Source: Macrostomum lignano
Lineage: Eukaryota
NCBI GenBank assembly: GCA_002269645.1
Contig: NIVC01002045.1
Span: 1 to 64,000 of the forward strand
Length of the DNA stretch: 64,000 nucleotides
Reading direction: 5' to 3'
Shown piece after piece: positions 13,153-24,400 of this stretch. The translations under genes and the position numbers were made by a program. The notes below the pieces were generated by a model that saw only the letters and a program-made list of their open reading frames with translations, made no database searches and had not been told where the DNA came from. Numbering within the stretch: the first letter of the stretch is position 1; each line of letters begins with the position of its first letter.

Positions 13153-13859
13153 GATGACTCATCGCCCGAGCAGGCGCGGGCAGCCACACACAACAATGTC
13201 TTCCCACTCGCGCTGAGGAGGCATAGCAGGATGACTCATCACCTGCCCTGAGTGTAATGGCTGCCTAGAGGGAGTAAACAGGATGACTCATCCGCCCAAA
13301 TCTATTTTTAGCACAGAAAAGCACGTGACTATGCACGCTAGTTGTGCGTTTCAGCTGACCTTGAGTCCCGCCACGGCGGCGTGACAGGGTTACCTTATTT
13401 GGAAGTTGGCCTTGAGTCACGCACCTCTCGCACGACTCGAAGGACCAAATAAGGAAGTTTCACGCGCTCACCGCATGAAACTCACGTGACTTTTGGGGGT
13501 CCGATCGGCTATAAATACAGAGCATCTGGGAGCCGTTTTTCCCCAGATCGTCGTGCTTCGAGCGTTCGCGTCTGTCCGGCGACCGGAGCTGCCTCTCTGC
13601 CTCCGAGCTCTCCTCTCTCATTTCAGGATTTCAGGTTTTTCAGGTTCGAGCAGCAATTTTAAGAACGATCAACTGTCCAGACATTTTCAGATTTGCAAAA
13701 TCTTCAAGTCAAACTGCCTACGATGCTATGCTCCACGGTTAATACTCAGACTGTGCAGGTGAAAGTTTTTCGCGTCAATTTGCACCTTTTAAAATCTGTT
13801 CATTGACAAATCTACAAATGTTTGTAGATTCGGAGTTCCGGAAGTTTCTAGAGAATTCA
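13153..13859 (+). promoter_or_regulatory. Clustered regulatory module: AP-1 sites, E-boxes, TATA box, heat-shock element
   Basis: GATGACTCATC at 13153, 13230 and 13282; TGAGTCA at 13413; CACGTGAC near 13322 and 13483; TATAAATA at 13510; alternating nTTCn/nGAAn units at 13835-13859 (5 units, one GAG mismatch). Confidence 0.5.
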
Positions 13860-14029
13860 TATTGTGCTGGTGTGGCCTCGGCAAGCATTCATGCCATAAA
13901 TATAAATACACAATCTTACCTTATCCGAAAGCTCCCATGAAAAAAAATTTCTGCTTTACTTTCAATAACAAATTTGAGTTAAATATTACTTTTGAGTCTA
14001 AAGATGAGTTTCCCTACTCATCCTTTCAG

Positions 14030-14325
14030 CGGTAGAGAAACAGAGCTCGAATTTTCCTTCAATACGCCACAGTTCGGTCCGACGGCTCCGTGCAGCTGAA
14101 CACGCCCTATCTGTTGAAGACTTCGTGCAGCTGAACACGCCCCATCTGTTGAAGACTTCCGACTGCTCCGACAGTCAAGGCCAAAATGATGCCCCAACAG
14201 CTGCCGCAATGGGCTGCTGATGCTTTAGAATCAATCGAGTTGATGCAACCAAGAAGTCCAAGCTGCGCGAGCGTCTCTGGGAGGACGCCGCTCAGATTTC
14301 GGGACCGGCTGATGTTCAACAAGTG
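14030..14325 (+). pseudogene. Collapsed fifth receptor paralogue: exon-4 start fused to mid exon-7
   Basis: TTTCAG acceptor followed by ...AGAAACAGAGCTCGA...TACGCCACAGTTCGGTCCGACGGC, which matches copy A exon 4. A 35-bp tandem duplication lies at 14089-14158. Then ...CAGCTGCCGCAATGGGCTGCTGATGCT...TGGGAGGACGCCGCTCAG...GACCGGCTGATGTTC matches exon 7. Confidence 0.85.
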
Positions 14326-14490
14326 TAGATTGGCTGGCCAATCGCTGTTAGCGGGGCCGGGGGCTTGTCGTCGCCCTGTTTGGGGGTGCTTGGTCCGGGG
14401 GTGGGTGCGCCGCCCCCGGGGCGGGGGTGGGTGTCTGTGGGGCCTTTTTAGCCCCGTGCGTTGTGCTCAACTCAACTTACTCTGGGTACT

Positions 14491-15483
14491 ATGAGTTTGC
14501 GTAGGATGACTGTAAATCAGCTACGTGAAGAATTGAGTGATAGGGGCCTGAGCACGCACGGCTACAAGAAAGACCTGGTCAGCAGACTCTCCACTGCGAT
14601 GAACCAGAGCGAAGCAGCTAGTCGGCGGGAACAAGCGGCGTCAAACTCCGCGGAGACCGACAGCGAAGGTCGGCGGCAGCAGCAGCAACAACGGCTGGAG
14701 GCAGGGGAGGCGCTGGACCTAGCAGAGCTCCGGCGGAAGATAGCTAGCCTGGAATCGGAGACGGCAGCAATGCGCCAGCAGCTGGAAGGCCGATTTAGAC
14801 CAGGTGAGGTGGACCAACAGCTTCTTAATGAGCCCTCTGATTTTAGTAGCGACATGAATATCCCGAGTATGCTCAGAGGTCCCGGGTTCGAGACCAGGCT
14901 CGAGCCCTCAGTAGCTCAACTAGGGCTACGGGCGGCACCACTCGTCGTTGCGGATTTCTGCGGTTGCGACCCTCGGACGGCGCCGGCGAGTCGTAGGGAA
15001 AAGGTGCTGCATCCAACCGCCAATCAGCCTAAACCCGAATCGCTGGGAATCGGTCAGTGGATAGTCGGCAACGCGCGCATCCTCGACGCCCTGATCTCTA
15101 GGGGACAGCTCGACCTGGAAGGCGTTCGGCAGTACTTGCAGTACAATGTGCAGATCGGTGAGCTGGTCGAGGCAGGTTACGACACCACCAGGATCATGCG
15201 GTTCGACGACGCATTTAGAAGAGAGCAGCAGGCGGGCATGCAAGACTGGGCGCGACCGAGTTTCTCGCTGGTGGCACGGCACCTCATCGCCCCGCAGCAG
15301 ACTCCACAACATGCCCGTTCTCGCATGGACAGGAAGATTCCGGTGATCCAAGGTGCGCCCGTGTGCCTCAAGTTCAATACCCGTGGTGGCTGCAAGTTCC
15401 AGAATTGCAAGTACACTCATGCGTGCCGGGTCTGCTTGCGCTCGGACCACGGCGAGACGCAACACGCGGCAAAAAACGAATAG
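14491..15483 (+). CDS. Ngaro-like ORF1 (Gag-like, 330 aa): N-terminal SAP domain, coiled coil, C-terminal CCCH/CCHH-type zinc finger
   Basis: LRRMTVNQLREELSDRGLSTHGYKKDLVSRL fits the SAP consensus. C-terminal CLKFNTRGGCKFQNCKYTHACRVCLRSDHGETQH. The frame is uninterrupted. Confidence 0.8.
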   Translation: MSLRRMTVNQLREELSDRGLSTHGYKKDLVSRLSTAMNQSEAASRREQAASNSAETDSEGRRQQQQQRLEAGEALDLAELRRKIASLESETAAMRQQLEGRFRPGEVDQQLLNEPSDFSSDMNIPSMLRGPGFETRLEPSVAQLGLRAAPLVVADFCGCDPRTAPASRREKVLHPTANQPKPESLGIGQWIVGNARILDALISRGQLDLEGVRQYLQYNVQIGELVEAGYDTTRIMRFDDAFRREQQAGMQDWARPSFSLVARHLIAPQQTPQHARSRMDRKIPVIQGAPVCLKFNTRGGCKFQNCKYTHACRVCLRSDHGETQHAAKNE

Positions 15484-17051
15484 CCGCGGCTCCAGTGGCC
15501 CCGGCAAGCTGGCAGCCGCAAATTATAATCCCAAGTTTTTACTCCATTCGCGACATCAATTTCAATCCGAGTGGCTCCCTTGACGCAAAAGACTGGGCGA
15601 AGGAGCTGGACGGCGACTCCGACGGGCCTTTTTTAATTGACGGAGTCCAAAACGGCTTCGCGCTCACTACTGAAACAGATTTTAAGCCTTCCGAAGTTGA
15701 GAACTACTCGTCCGCCATTGAGTACAAGACGCTGGTTGAAGAGCAATTGCAGCGTGAGATCGCCAGCGGGCGGTATGTGTCAGTCAGCCGACGTCCGTGC
15801 AAGATCTCCGCGCTTGGAGCCATCCCGAAAGAGGACGGTGGAGTCCGTATCATCCACGACTGCAGTCGTCCGGAAGGCTGTGCGGTCAACGACCACTTTA
15901 TCGCAGACCACAAGATTAAGTTTGAAACGGTTAGCGGCCTCTGCTCACAACTCAAGCCCGGTGACTTCACGGCCAAGATCGATCTCAAGGAGGCGTATCG
16001 CTCAGTAGGTGTTCATCCTTCTTCTCTCGACGCTCTGGGCATCAAATGGCAATTTAGCGGTGACAGCGAGCCTACCTACCTGGTCGACACCCGGCTGAGC
16101 TTCGGCGCTGCGGCCTCGGTGTACCATTTCAACAGGCTGTCTAAGGCGGTGGTGCGCATGATGCAACGGCGCGGGTTCACCTGCGTTGGCTACCTCGACG
16201 ACTTCGCTGTGGCCGGGAGCACCTACGAGTCCTGTGTCGAGGCTTACGAGAGCTTGAGGAGCCTGGCGACGAGCCTCGGTTTCACCATCAACGAAAAGAA
16301 GTCTAGCGGGCCGTCGCGGCACACGGTTTTCCTGGGCATCCTGATTGACACAGAGTCGGGGATGCTGAGCATCCCACCGGCCAAGCTCAGTGCACTCGAA
16401 GACGCACTTGGGAGCTGCTTGCATCGACGCGGTGCCATCAGCAAGCGCGACCTTCAGCGGATCTGCGGCAAGCTGTCCTGGGTGAGCAGCGTGACCAGGA
16501 AAGGCTGAGCTTCCATCCACCCTCTACTGATGCTGGCGAGCCGGGCGACTAGACCTGGGGACAAATTGCGGCTGACCCCGCACCTCACTGAGCTGCTGCA
16601 CTGGTGGAGGAGAAGCCTTCAGTCCGTTGGCTGCGCGCCCATCTGGCCTCGCTACGCGCGAAGGATCGTCATCGAGACTGACGCCTGCAACTCGGGTGGT
16701 GCCTGCATTGTTCGGGAGGCCAATAAATCCGACTGGCTCTACATCAACTGGAAGAACGACGCTGGTGGCCGTTTTGCTTCGGCTCACATCAACGTTAAGG
16801 AGACCATCACGCCTGTCCTCAGCATCCTCGCGGCCCCGGGCCGCTTCGACGGTGCGGACATCGTCGTGTACAGCGACAGCTCGGCGGCTGTCGGTGCGCT
16901 GAACAAGCTCAGCTCGCCATGTAACGACGTCAACCGGCTCCTGCACACGCTGTCGCTTGCCTGCGACGCATGGGGTCTGCGGCTGCGGGCCTTTCACGTT
17001 CCAGGCGCCTTCCAGGTCCTGGCGGACCCGGCCTCTCGCCTTGCTTCTTGA
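15471..17051 (+). pseudogene. Ngaro-like pol (RT-RNase H) with a single in-frame stop
   Basis: ORFs 15363-16508 and 16530-17051 are in the same frame, separated by TGA at 16506-16508 in the context G-*-ASI. This is consistent with a CGA(Arg) to TGA change. Confidence 0.85.
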
Positions 17052-18165
17052 GTACCGCATGACCGGCAGCTGGGAGAGTCCCGCATGACCGGCATCTGTG
17101 AAAGCACAAGCGAGGCCAATATTATTCAACACATCGCAACTTAGAATAGTTGCGTTCAAACGTATTAGAACTATTTTCTGTGAGTAGTATGCATAGTAGA
17201 ATCATTTTCGTTTTTAACCTCTTTTTATAAGTTGATGAACATATTTTTTATCCTAAGTGTGATAAAATAAATTGCGATACTGCAAACAGTTTCGGCCCTA
17301 AGCAAACCTACTGGATTCAGAGATTTTAAAACTATTGTCCCTATTTGCAAATCGCCGTCGATATGTGGTCTGCTGAATTGTAGACCACACATACCTCCGC
17401 TTTCCACATTGTTTTCTGAAACTGCGTCAATTAATTTGCTCCATTTCACAATGACAATACTCAAAACTGACTTCGCGTACTTGAGAAAAAGCCAAAAATA
17501 AAAAAATGACAATTATTACAAATGACTGAAAAATAATACTAATTCGCATAAGAGGCTCACACTACACTTAACGTTCCTCTTCTGGAGCTCAGAAGCTCAG
17601 ATAAATAACGCGTACGTGTAATGCTTTATTTCTATTTTCATCGGAAGCAATTCTGCAAATGCTTGCGTTGGTTCATTAGCGATTAAAAAAGCAGTACTGT
17701 AATCTCCTTGCTTGTACTTGGTGCATCTTTGGGTTTGGACTGACTGTTTCTGCTTCTTCTAAGAACAATTCTCAGTCTGAATGCTGCCCTCAACACTACG
17801 AGCGTATTGAGATGATGCTTCAGATGCCGAGACGCTGAGACAATGCAGCATATTTCATGTTCTGAGCTGCCTTTCTTTTATTGATTCCGCAGCGCCGGAG
17901 CTGCCCGAGCAGCTCCTCTCTGCGTGTCCAAATGCATCTTTCCGATGCCAGCTTCATCACTTGGAGCACCCGCAGAGCCAGAATTCAAGAGACTGTTCAG
18001 TTGAGTTGTAGAAAGGACTTCTCTCATTGGCCCTCACTCTCCGGGCTTTGGACGCTGGCAGTCTGCGTCTTACCATGCAGAGTGGGGCGTTGGCTCCTTG
18101 GGGTCTCAAAATTCTCCGGCCAAACTGCTCAGTGCTTCACTCCCTTCCCTACCACACCTGCTACC

Positions 18166-20040
18166 CAGAGACTTCTAAATATAACAGCTGGACCGGCAAG
18201 GGTTTTGGCCCCCTTGCAAGATGAGGCCTGTTTTTCTAGCCAATAGCTCAGGGCCTAAAGCAGTTTTGCATTGAAACTGAACAAAAAACACAGCATTAAC
18301 TGGGAAGCATCTATAGTTTTTGATATCGCAAACAATTTAAAGATTTTTAATAAAAATTTATTTTTGAAAGTTTCCTTTCACTAACTTCATAAACGAATAT
18401 AGTAATTAATTCAATGTATTGACACGCGTTCATATTCATAATTGTATTGAATTGTAAGCACAACAAAAACGGATGCTGTTACGTACGCTCAAGTTGGTAT
18501 ATTATAGGTATCTAGTCAATTGAATATTAAACTATTATAGAATGCAAAAATACAGAAATGATTGCCAGATTAGGTGCTAGTTAGCTTTACAGGTGAATTT
18601 TTTTTGTCTGGACGGGCTAGTAGAAATCGAAGGCAAATAATTGCTTTAATAAAAGCAAATGATAAATAATTGGTGAACGGGATGCAAATTTCGCAGGAAA
18701 ATGGAGTGCTTGCTGAAGACTATCTAGCATTATTTAGTAAGTTTCAGCGCCTTTTTACTCATCAAAATATTTAAAATTGTTGTTTAGCTTAGAACTTTCA
18801 CTTAGACTATTTATCTTTTTGAAAGAACTATCTTAGTAGATTCAATTGGTTCACTTGCTCTGCGTTATATTCCTTGATTTACTACATTGGCACATCACGA
18901 ACAGAAAAGAATTTTTACACGTAGCACAAATAAATTAAAGTGAAATAAAAGACTGTCACAAAACATAAAGCCATCTCACTTAGCTATCGGTGCTGAGGCC
19001 AGAAAGCTTCGCTACCATTAGGTTTAAAATACCACTGATGGAAGTAGCCTTGCCTTGCTTGTCACCAACAAAATCAATTACCTTTTTCTTGGACAGTGCT
19101 GAGCCCTTCATACCAATTGAAACTACGCTATCCGGCCCAATACAGATGGAGCACGAGATCTGGCAGATGGGCATCACATTCAGCATGTAGATGCACAATT
19201 GGTTGTCGCAAATACTAGTGTGAAAACCAGAAGGTCGATCTTTCTCTTCGTCAAGTAATTGCTGAATTTGAGTGGGTGAGATTTCGCTGATTGAGTCGCG
19301 GGCGAAGAAATCATCAATCTCTTCCTGACGACGGATATTGTCCAAGTCAAGCCGAGCTGCAGATAGTGCCGAAGAGGTGCTTCGAGCTGGACGTTGAGGC
19401 TTAGATAAGTAGGCCGGTGCGTTCGCAAAAATTGATGGCACAGCATCAGGCTTCAAATAGCGTTTCTGTAGCGGCTCGCCGTACGTCAATTGCGCCAAGT
19501 GTCACGAGAGGTTTGCACGAAATCTTGATCAGTGAAATGCTCCGAGCATATTCGCGAATTCTTCGTGGGCACAAAATCTTTTCGTGGATTCGCCTTCATC
19601 CACTCTTCCAAAAGACGCGGATTTTTTAGTGGGAAAGAATGAAAACTTACATTCTTGGGTGTGTCAAAGCTGTCATAACCATTTTTGCAGCCCTTTTCCG
19701 AACACCCTTTTACCATGCTTAACGCTTCAATAAATTCACGACTTGATAATAAATCAAAATGAAATTTTAATAAAAATCTATTCGAAATAAAAATTTATGC
19801 TCTTCTTTCTTCTTTCTCACAAAGGAAAATTTAACAGAGAGGAAAAATCTAGAGATACGAGCGTACTTGGGAGTGGAAATGCAGAGGAACACTGCCTTTT
19901 GTAGGTTAGGGAATGAGTAATGCTAGTCTGGCTTCAGTATTTTTCCCCATTTCCCGTGCAAAAAGCTGGCCTCATCTTGCAAAGAAAACTATGATTCATA
20001 TTTTTCCTTCCGCTCCAGCTGTTATCTTCAGAGCTCTCTG
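18166..20040 (-). mobile_element. P-superfamily (THAP-bearing) DNA transposon, internally deleted
   Basis: Imperfect TIRs CAGAGACTTCTAAATATAACAGCTGG / CCAGCTGTTATCTTCAGAGCTCTCTG, plus subterminal TTGCAAGATGAGGCC / GGCCTCATCTTGCAA. The 8-bp TSD CTGCTACC lies at 18158-18165 and 20041-20048. The element is absent at the paralogous sites near 39790 and 59495. Confidence 0.85.
18980..19716 (-). pseudogene. THAP zinc-finger transposase N-terminus, frameshifted
   Basis: [12 protein letters not shown]...[17 protein letters not shown]...RICSEHF continues after a frameshift near 19490 as LKPDAVPSIF, the THAP AVPTIF motif. No catalytic core was seen. Confidence 0.85.
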
Positions 20041-20559
20041 CTGCTACCCATCTTTTCTCCGACATGAACCATGCGAATCTGGATTGGGAGGCTTTCTAAA
20101 ACAGAAACGACTAAGCCCTGCTCCTACTTCCCAAGCCCCGGCTGTCCACACAACCCACCGCATTCCACTCGCTCCGCCCTGTCTTGAGAAGCGGCCACAA
20201 TATACAGCCAGAATTTGTCTGCAAGCAGAACCCCGTGGATGTTTTTGACGAGACGTTGGATTGACTGTGTATTTGGCTGCGATATGCATGTATTTGTTAT
20301 TGTAGGAGGTCGAAAGCATTAGGCCTAAAGAATCTAAGCGGGGCTCCAGGGGCGATAGCAAGCAGAGGACAAGCTGCAGGTTAAGACATAGGCAATTCGC
20401 AATCATTACGAATAATGCTTGACTAATGGGACTTGCTAGTCATACTATTTCATGCCTCCTCTTAAATAGAGCCGGGAATAAATAAGTGTGAACAGGGGTG
20501 CGAAACGAACAATGGTGGGAGCAACCGGGTGACAAGGAAGTTGTGCAGAGGGAAGTTAA

Positions 20560-21100
20560 TATGGATTTAGGATGCATATCCAGGAACGTTTGATTGTTTC
20601 AAAGGTCCTGTAGTCACAAGTGATCTTTATCACGGTGGTCGCGCACAGGAGGCCGCAGCACCACTCTTTATCAAGCACCCATGAGGTGTTGCTGCCCTTA
20701 TTCATCAGAAACTCAACTCTGGATGCAGATGTGTCAGTTAGCTGGCTGGTAGAGAATCTACTGGCACTACGAGAAGGTAGAAATGAGGAGTACTCGAAGT
20801 TGGCGTCCGAAGACGAGTTCTGCGGGACACTGACTGCGGCGCAGCGATGAGTTCAAATGATGGAGCAGAATCCTCTGAAGAAAGGAGGTGAAATCTGCGG
20901 GAATAATGCGTTCCGTCCGTTTCTTTGTTCTATACAATGCACGGAATGCCGTATGCCAAGTAAGAGCGCGTTCAGGTGCGTCCAGGTTCAGAGGTCCACA
21001 ACTTCCTGCACTTGTAGCTCCTCCCCGCGTCTCTGCCTGTCCTCTGCTTGTTGTCGCCTTTGGAGTCCAGCTTAGGTTATTTAGGCCCGAGGCTCTCAAG
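20560..21100 (-). mobile_element. Decayed Gypsy-like integrase C-terminal remnant
   Basis: CPAELVFGRQLR resembles the SPAELxFGRxLR integrase tail. The surrounding frame is broken. Confidence 0.35.
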
Positions 21101-21302
21101 GCTCTCCTAGTAAATACATGCCTTTCGCAGCTGAATACACAGTCAATCCAACGTTAATTTTTGAAAATGTACTACTTAAATGTAAGAGGCTTTTTACTCT
21201 AAAGAGTAAAAACGAAATTGGAAAACGTGGCTAAATCAAAAAGGAGCTGAATTTGAAATGAAGGCAAAGCGGCCAAAAAAGTACAGGGCAGCTCTCGTGT
21301 CC

Positions 21303-21315
21303 CTGATTGGCTCGC
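21303..21315 (+). promoter_or_regulatory. Inverted CCAAT box upstream of copy B
   Basis: CTGATTGGCTCGC, 178 bp before the ATG, is identical to the copy A motif. Confidence 0.5.
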
Positions 21316-21480
21316 ATGGCTACTGTTTGAAAAGCTGCTCAAACTCAAATATCAGCGGATAACCACAGGAGCAGCCACAGCCTCTCTGAGCAAGTCGACA
21401 TACATCTAAGAGAATAAATTCTTATCCATAAATTCGGCTTTTGAGACGCGAAGGTTCAAATTTTTCAACTGGAAATCGGC

Positions 21481-24400
21481 ATGCGATTGAAGACTGCGCT
21501 GTTCTCCGCATTGCTGAGCACCCTGCTGCTGCAGCTGCTGCCACCAGCGCTGATGCAGAGCGTGCACGAATCCAGCTCCGCCGACTTGCTGTTCTCCAAG
21601 ATTTACGAAGCTCATCTCTCGTTGATCCCTCCGCCTAAAGTGAACGGTACATTTAATGTCACCTTTGACATGGCCATTGCGCAGCTACTGGAGCTCGTGA
21701 GTAACTGACTCTGATTGCTATTCTGCTGTTTCGCTAAACTAATCAACTAATTTTTCATGTAACTTTTTTCTTGTGTCAAGTGTAAAAAAGTAATGTTCCT
21801 TTCCTTCATCAATTCGATACTGGTTTCCAAACAGCATTGTACTTTGAATTCTGGTGTCCAAATACTTTTTACAGAATAATGGATTGCATCTTATGATCTT
21901 TTTATGGAAATATTTACCTCTTGAAACATTTTTGACTATTTGTACCCCAAACAATACCTGATTTTATTAAATAACGCAATGTAAAGACGATAAGAGGTTT
22001 ATCCTGTTGGAATGTTGGAATGCATTGGGGATTCAACGAATACATTATATCGTTAATTACAGACAGCTTATAACTACTACTTTTTCCTTCACTTGCTTCA
22101 GGACGAACTCAAGCAGACAGTCTCCATGCTCACCTGGAGGAGAATGGTGAGTGTGCTCACTACCTTAAACACGTGTAGCCTGATTACGGCAGTACTCAAG
22201 TTGCTTTGATTTTGCAGTCCTGGTACGACACCAGACTGTCATGGCGGAGTCGCGTCTTCGATGGCAACCTGAGCTTCAACTCTATCAGCAGCATCAAGAT
22301 TCCAAACAGCCAGATCTGGAAGCCGGACTTGGTCGTGTACAATGAGTGAGTCGAAATGTTTGTTTGATCTTCCAGTTAGAATTTAGATGTCAATCAAAAC
22401 TAATGAAATCACCAAACCGTCCACCCTCCGCAGTGTGAGAAAAACGGAGCTCGACTGGTCCCTCTACTACGCGTCAATTCAATCAGACGGCCTCGTTCGA
22501 CTCAACACCCCCCAGCTGATGAAGCTGTCCTGCCCAATCAATGTCCAACTGTTTCCTTACGATAAGCAGGTGTGCAGGATGAAGATCGGCAGCTGGACAA
22601 TGGATGGTTTTGAGCTCAACTTGCTCAACGCGAGCACGCACGCTGACCTGTCCTCGATGGCGGAGGACAACGAGTTCTGCCTCGTCAAGGCGCCGCTGGA
22701 GCGAAACGTGATAAAGTACGCGTGCTGCGATGCGCCTTACCCGGACATTACGTACAGCATTTTGCTGCAGGTAAATGCGGCTTGTCAACCGGGCACGTTT
22801 TGGAGCTGTTCGGTGCACTTTCTACGCTAGGGTTGAGCATAGCGATTACAGAGCGTACATGTAGCTCGCATGTGCTGATTGGTTGGCTAAAATTCAAGCA
22901 TGCGTGCGTATGGGAACATTTCGTAGTTTTTGACCCTGCAATTCTGTGAAAAATGTGCGGTATTTCTTTCGTATCGCCCTCAGTGTTGCTTTGTGCTGGC
23001 TTTGCTGGGAGCATAGACTTTTTTAACTGTGAATTAAATGTGGAGTTTATCTGTGTTTTGCAGGAAAGTTTTGGATCGCAAATAGGTGAGGTTGTTTCAT
23101 AAACTAAGTCTGACGACGCGTAAATTTAGTTCTAACTTAAAGTGCAGCTTAGCAATGAGTTGTGAGCGCTTTTCATCAACTTTTAGGATTCACTAGCACT
23201 CCAGCCCGTTCGGGGAGTGCAAAAAGGAAAATGAAAATATTGCTAATATATTAAAGAATAGACCCATGCGATGCTTCCAGTAAGCCTGGGCATCTCAGCG
23301 ATTCCACCAGCTGTAAGCCTTGACAATAACATCTTAGCAATGCTCCCAGTAAGCCTTGACATCTCAACAATCCCACAAGCCTTGACATCTTAGAAATTCC
23401 CCATAAGCCTTGACATCCCAGCAATTCCCCATAGGCCTTGACATCTTAGCAATTCCCCCAGCTGTAAGCCTTGACATCTTAGCAATTCCCCTAGCTATAA
23501 GCCTTGACATCTTAGCAATTCCCTATTAAGCCTTGACAACTCAGCAATTTCCTCTTAAACCTAGCACAATGTCGTTGAGGCATTTCTGTTCAAGTGATTA
23601 TGCACTTTAGTAACACCCGACTTTAATTCAAACAATCAGTTCCGGATTCAAACAATTCAAGTTGAAGACAAAGAAAGATATTCATAAATTTTACAATTAA
23701 ATAAGCTAGGTATAGCTATTTATAACCCAAAGCATCAGCTCAAGAATTGAAGTTTAGTCTATGGCCATAGACGTGTTGAGCTCTCACTGCAAGAAAAATA
23801 CACTAATTAGATAGGGAGAATACAGTTTTTAAAATATTTAATCCCTTTAGCATTGAACAATTTCCTAGCCACGACCCATGTACCGTCATGGAGAAATTTC
23901 TGATCGAATGGTGCAAGTTTGGTGGAAATCGGTTGAGCCGTTTTTTCTATTATCTATCGCACAGACAGACAGACAGACAGACAGAGACAGCTTAGATTTA
24001 GATATATAGATTTTTAGCTTGGATCCTGGCCAAGATTTAGAAAAGTGTGGTTGAGTAACTTATTAAAAATTTTCACCATGGACGCTTCCACATAGGAATT
24101 GTACCATGACCTTTTTGCCCGCTGGGCACTTATTCTTGCCTTTTAATGCCATAGACTACATTTAAGCCCGCTTGCAGGACTTTAATGCTTTAAACTTACT
24201 TTAATGCAAATTTGCGGGCAGTTAATGACATATAAAATACGATTGCTTATTTAATCGTTAAAAAATTGTACTATTCTGAGCCGGAATGTGTTGTCTGTGG
24301 TAATTTTTAACAAAAACTAGGATATGTATCAGATTAAACATGCCTTTTGAGGGAGTTATTTGTATAAATCACGAGGGCCTGAGGCCCGAGGGATTTATGA

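Larger units (their letters stand above)
14330..17051 (+). mobile_element. DIRS-order (Ngaro-like) retroelement, 3'-truncated, no tyrosine recombinase visible
   Basis: Gag-like ORF1 with a C-terminal Cys/His finger overlaps a pol ORF. RT motifs KIDLKEAYRSV and VGYLDDF. DIRS-type RNase H motifs TDACNSGG, HINVKE, SDSSAAVGALN and HVPGAFQVLADPASR. The 5' boundary is approximate. Confidence 0.85.
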
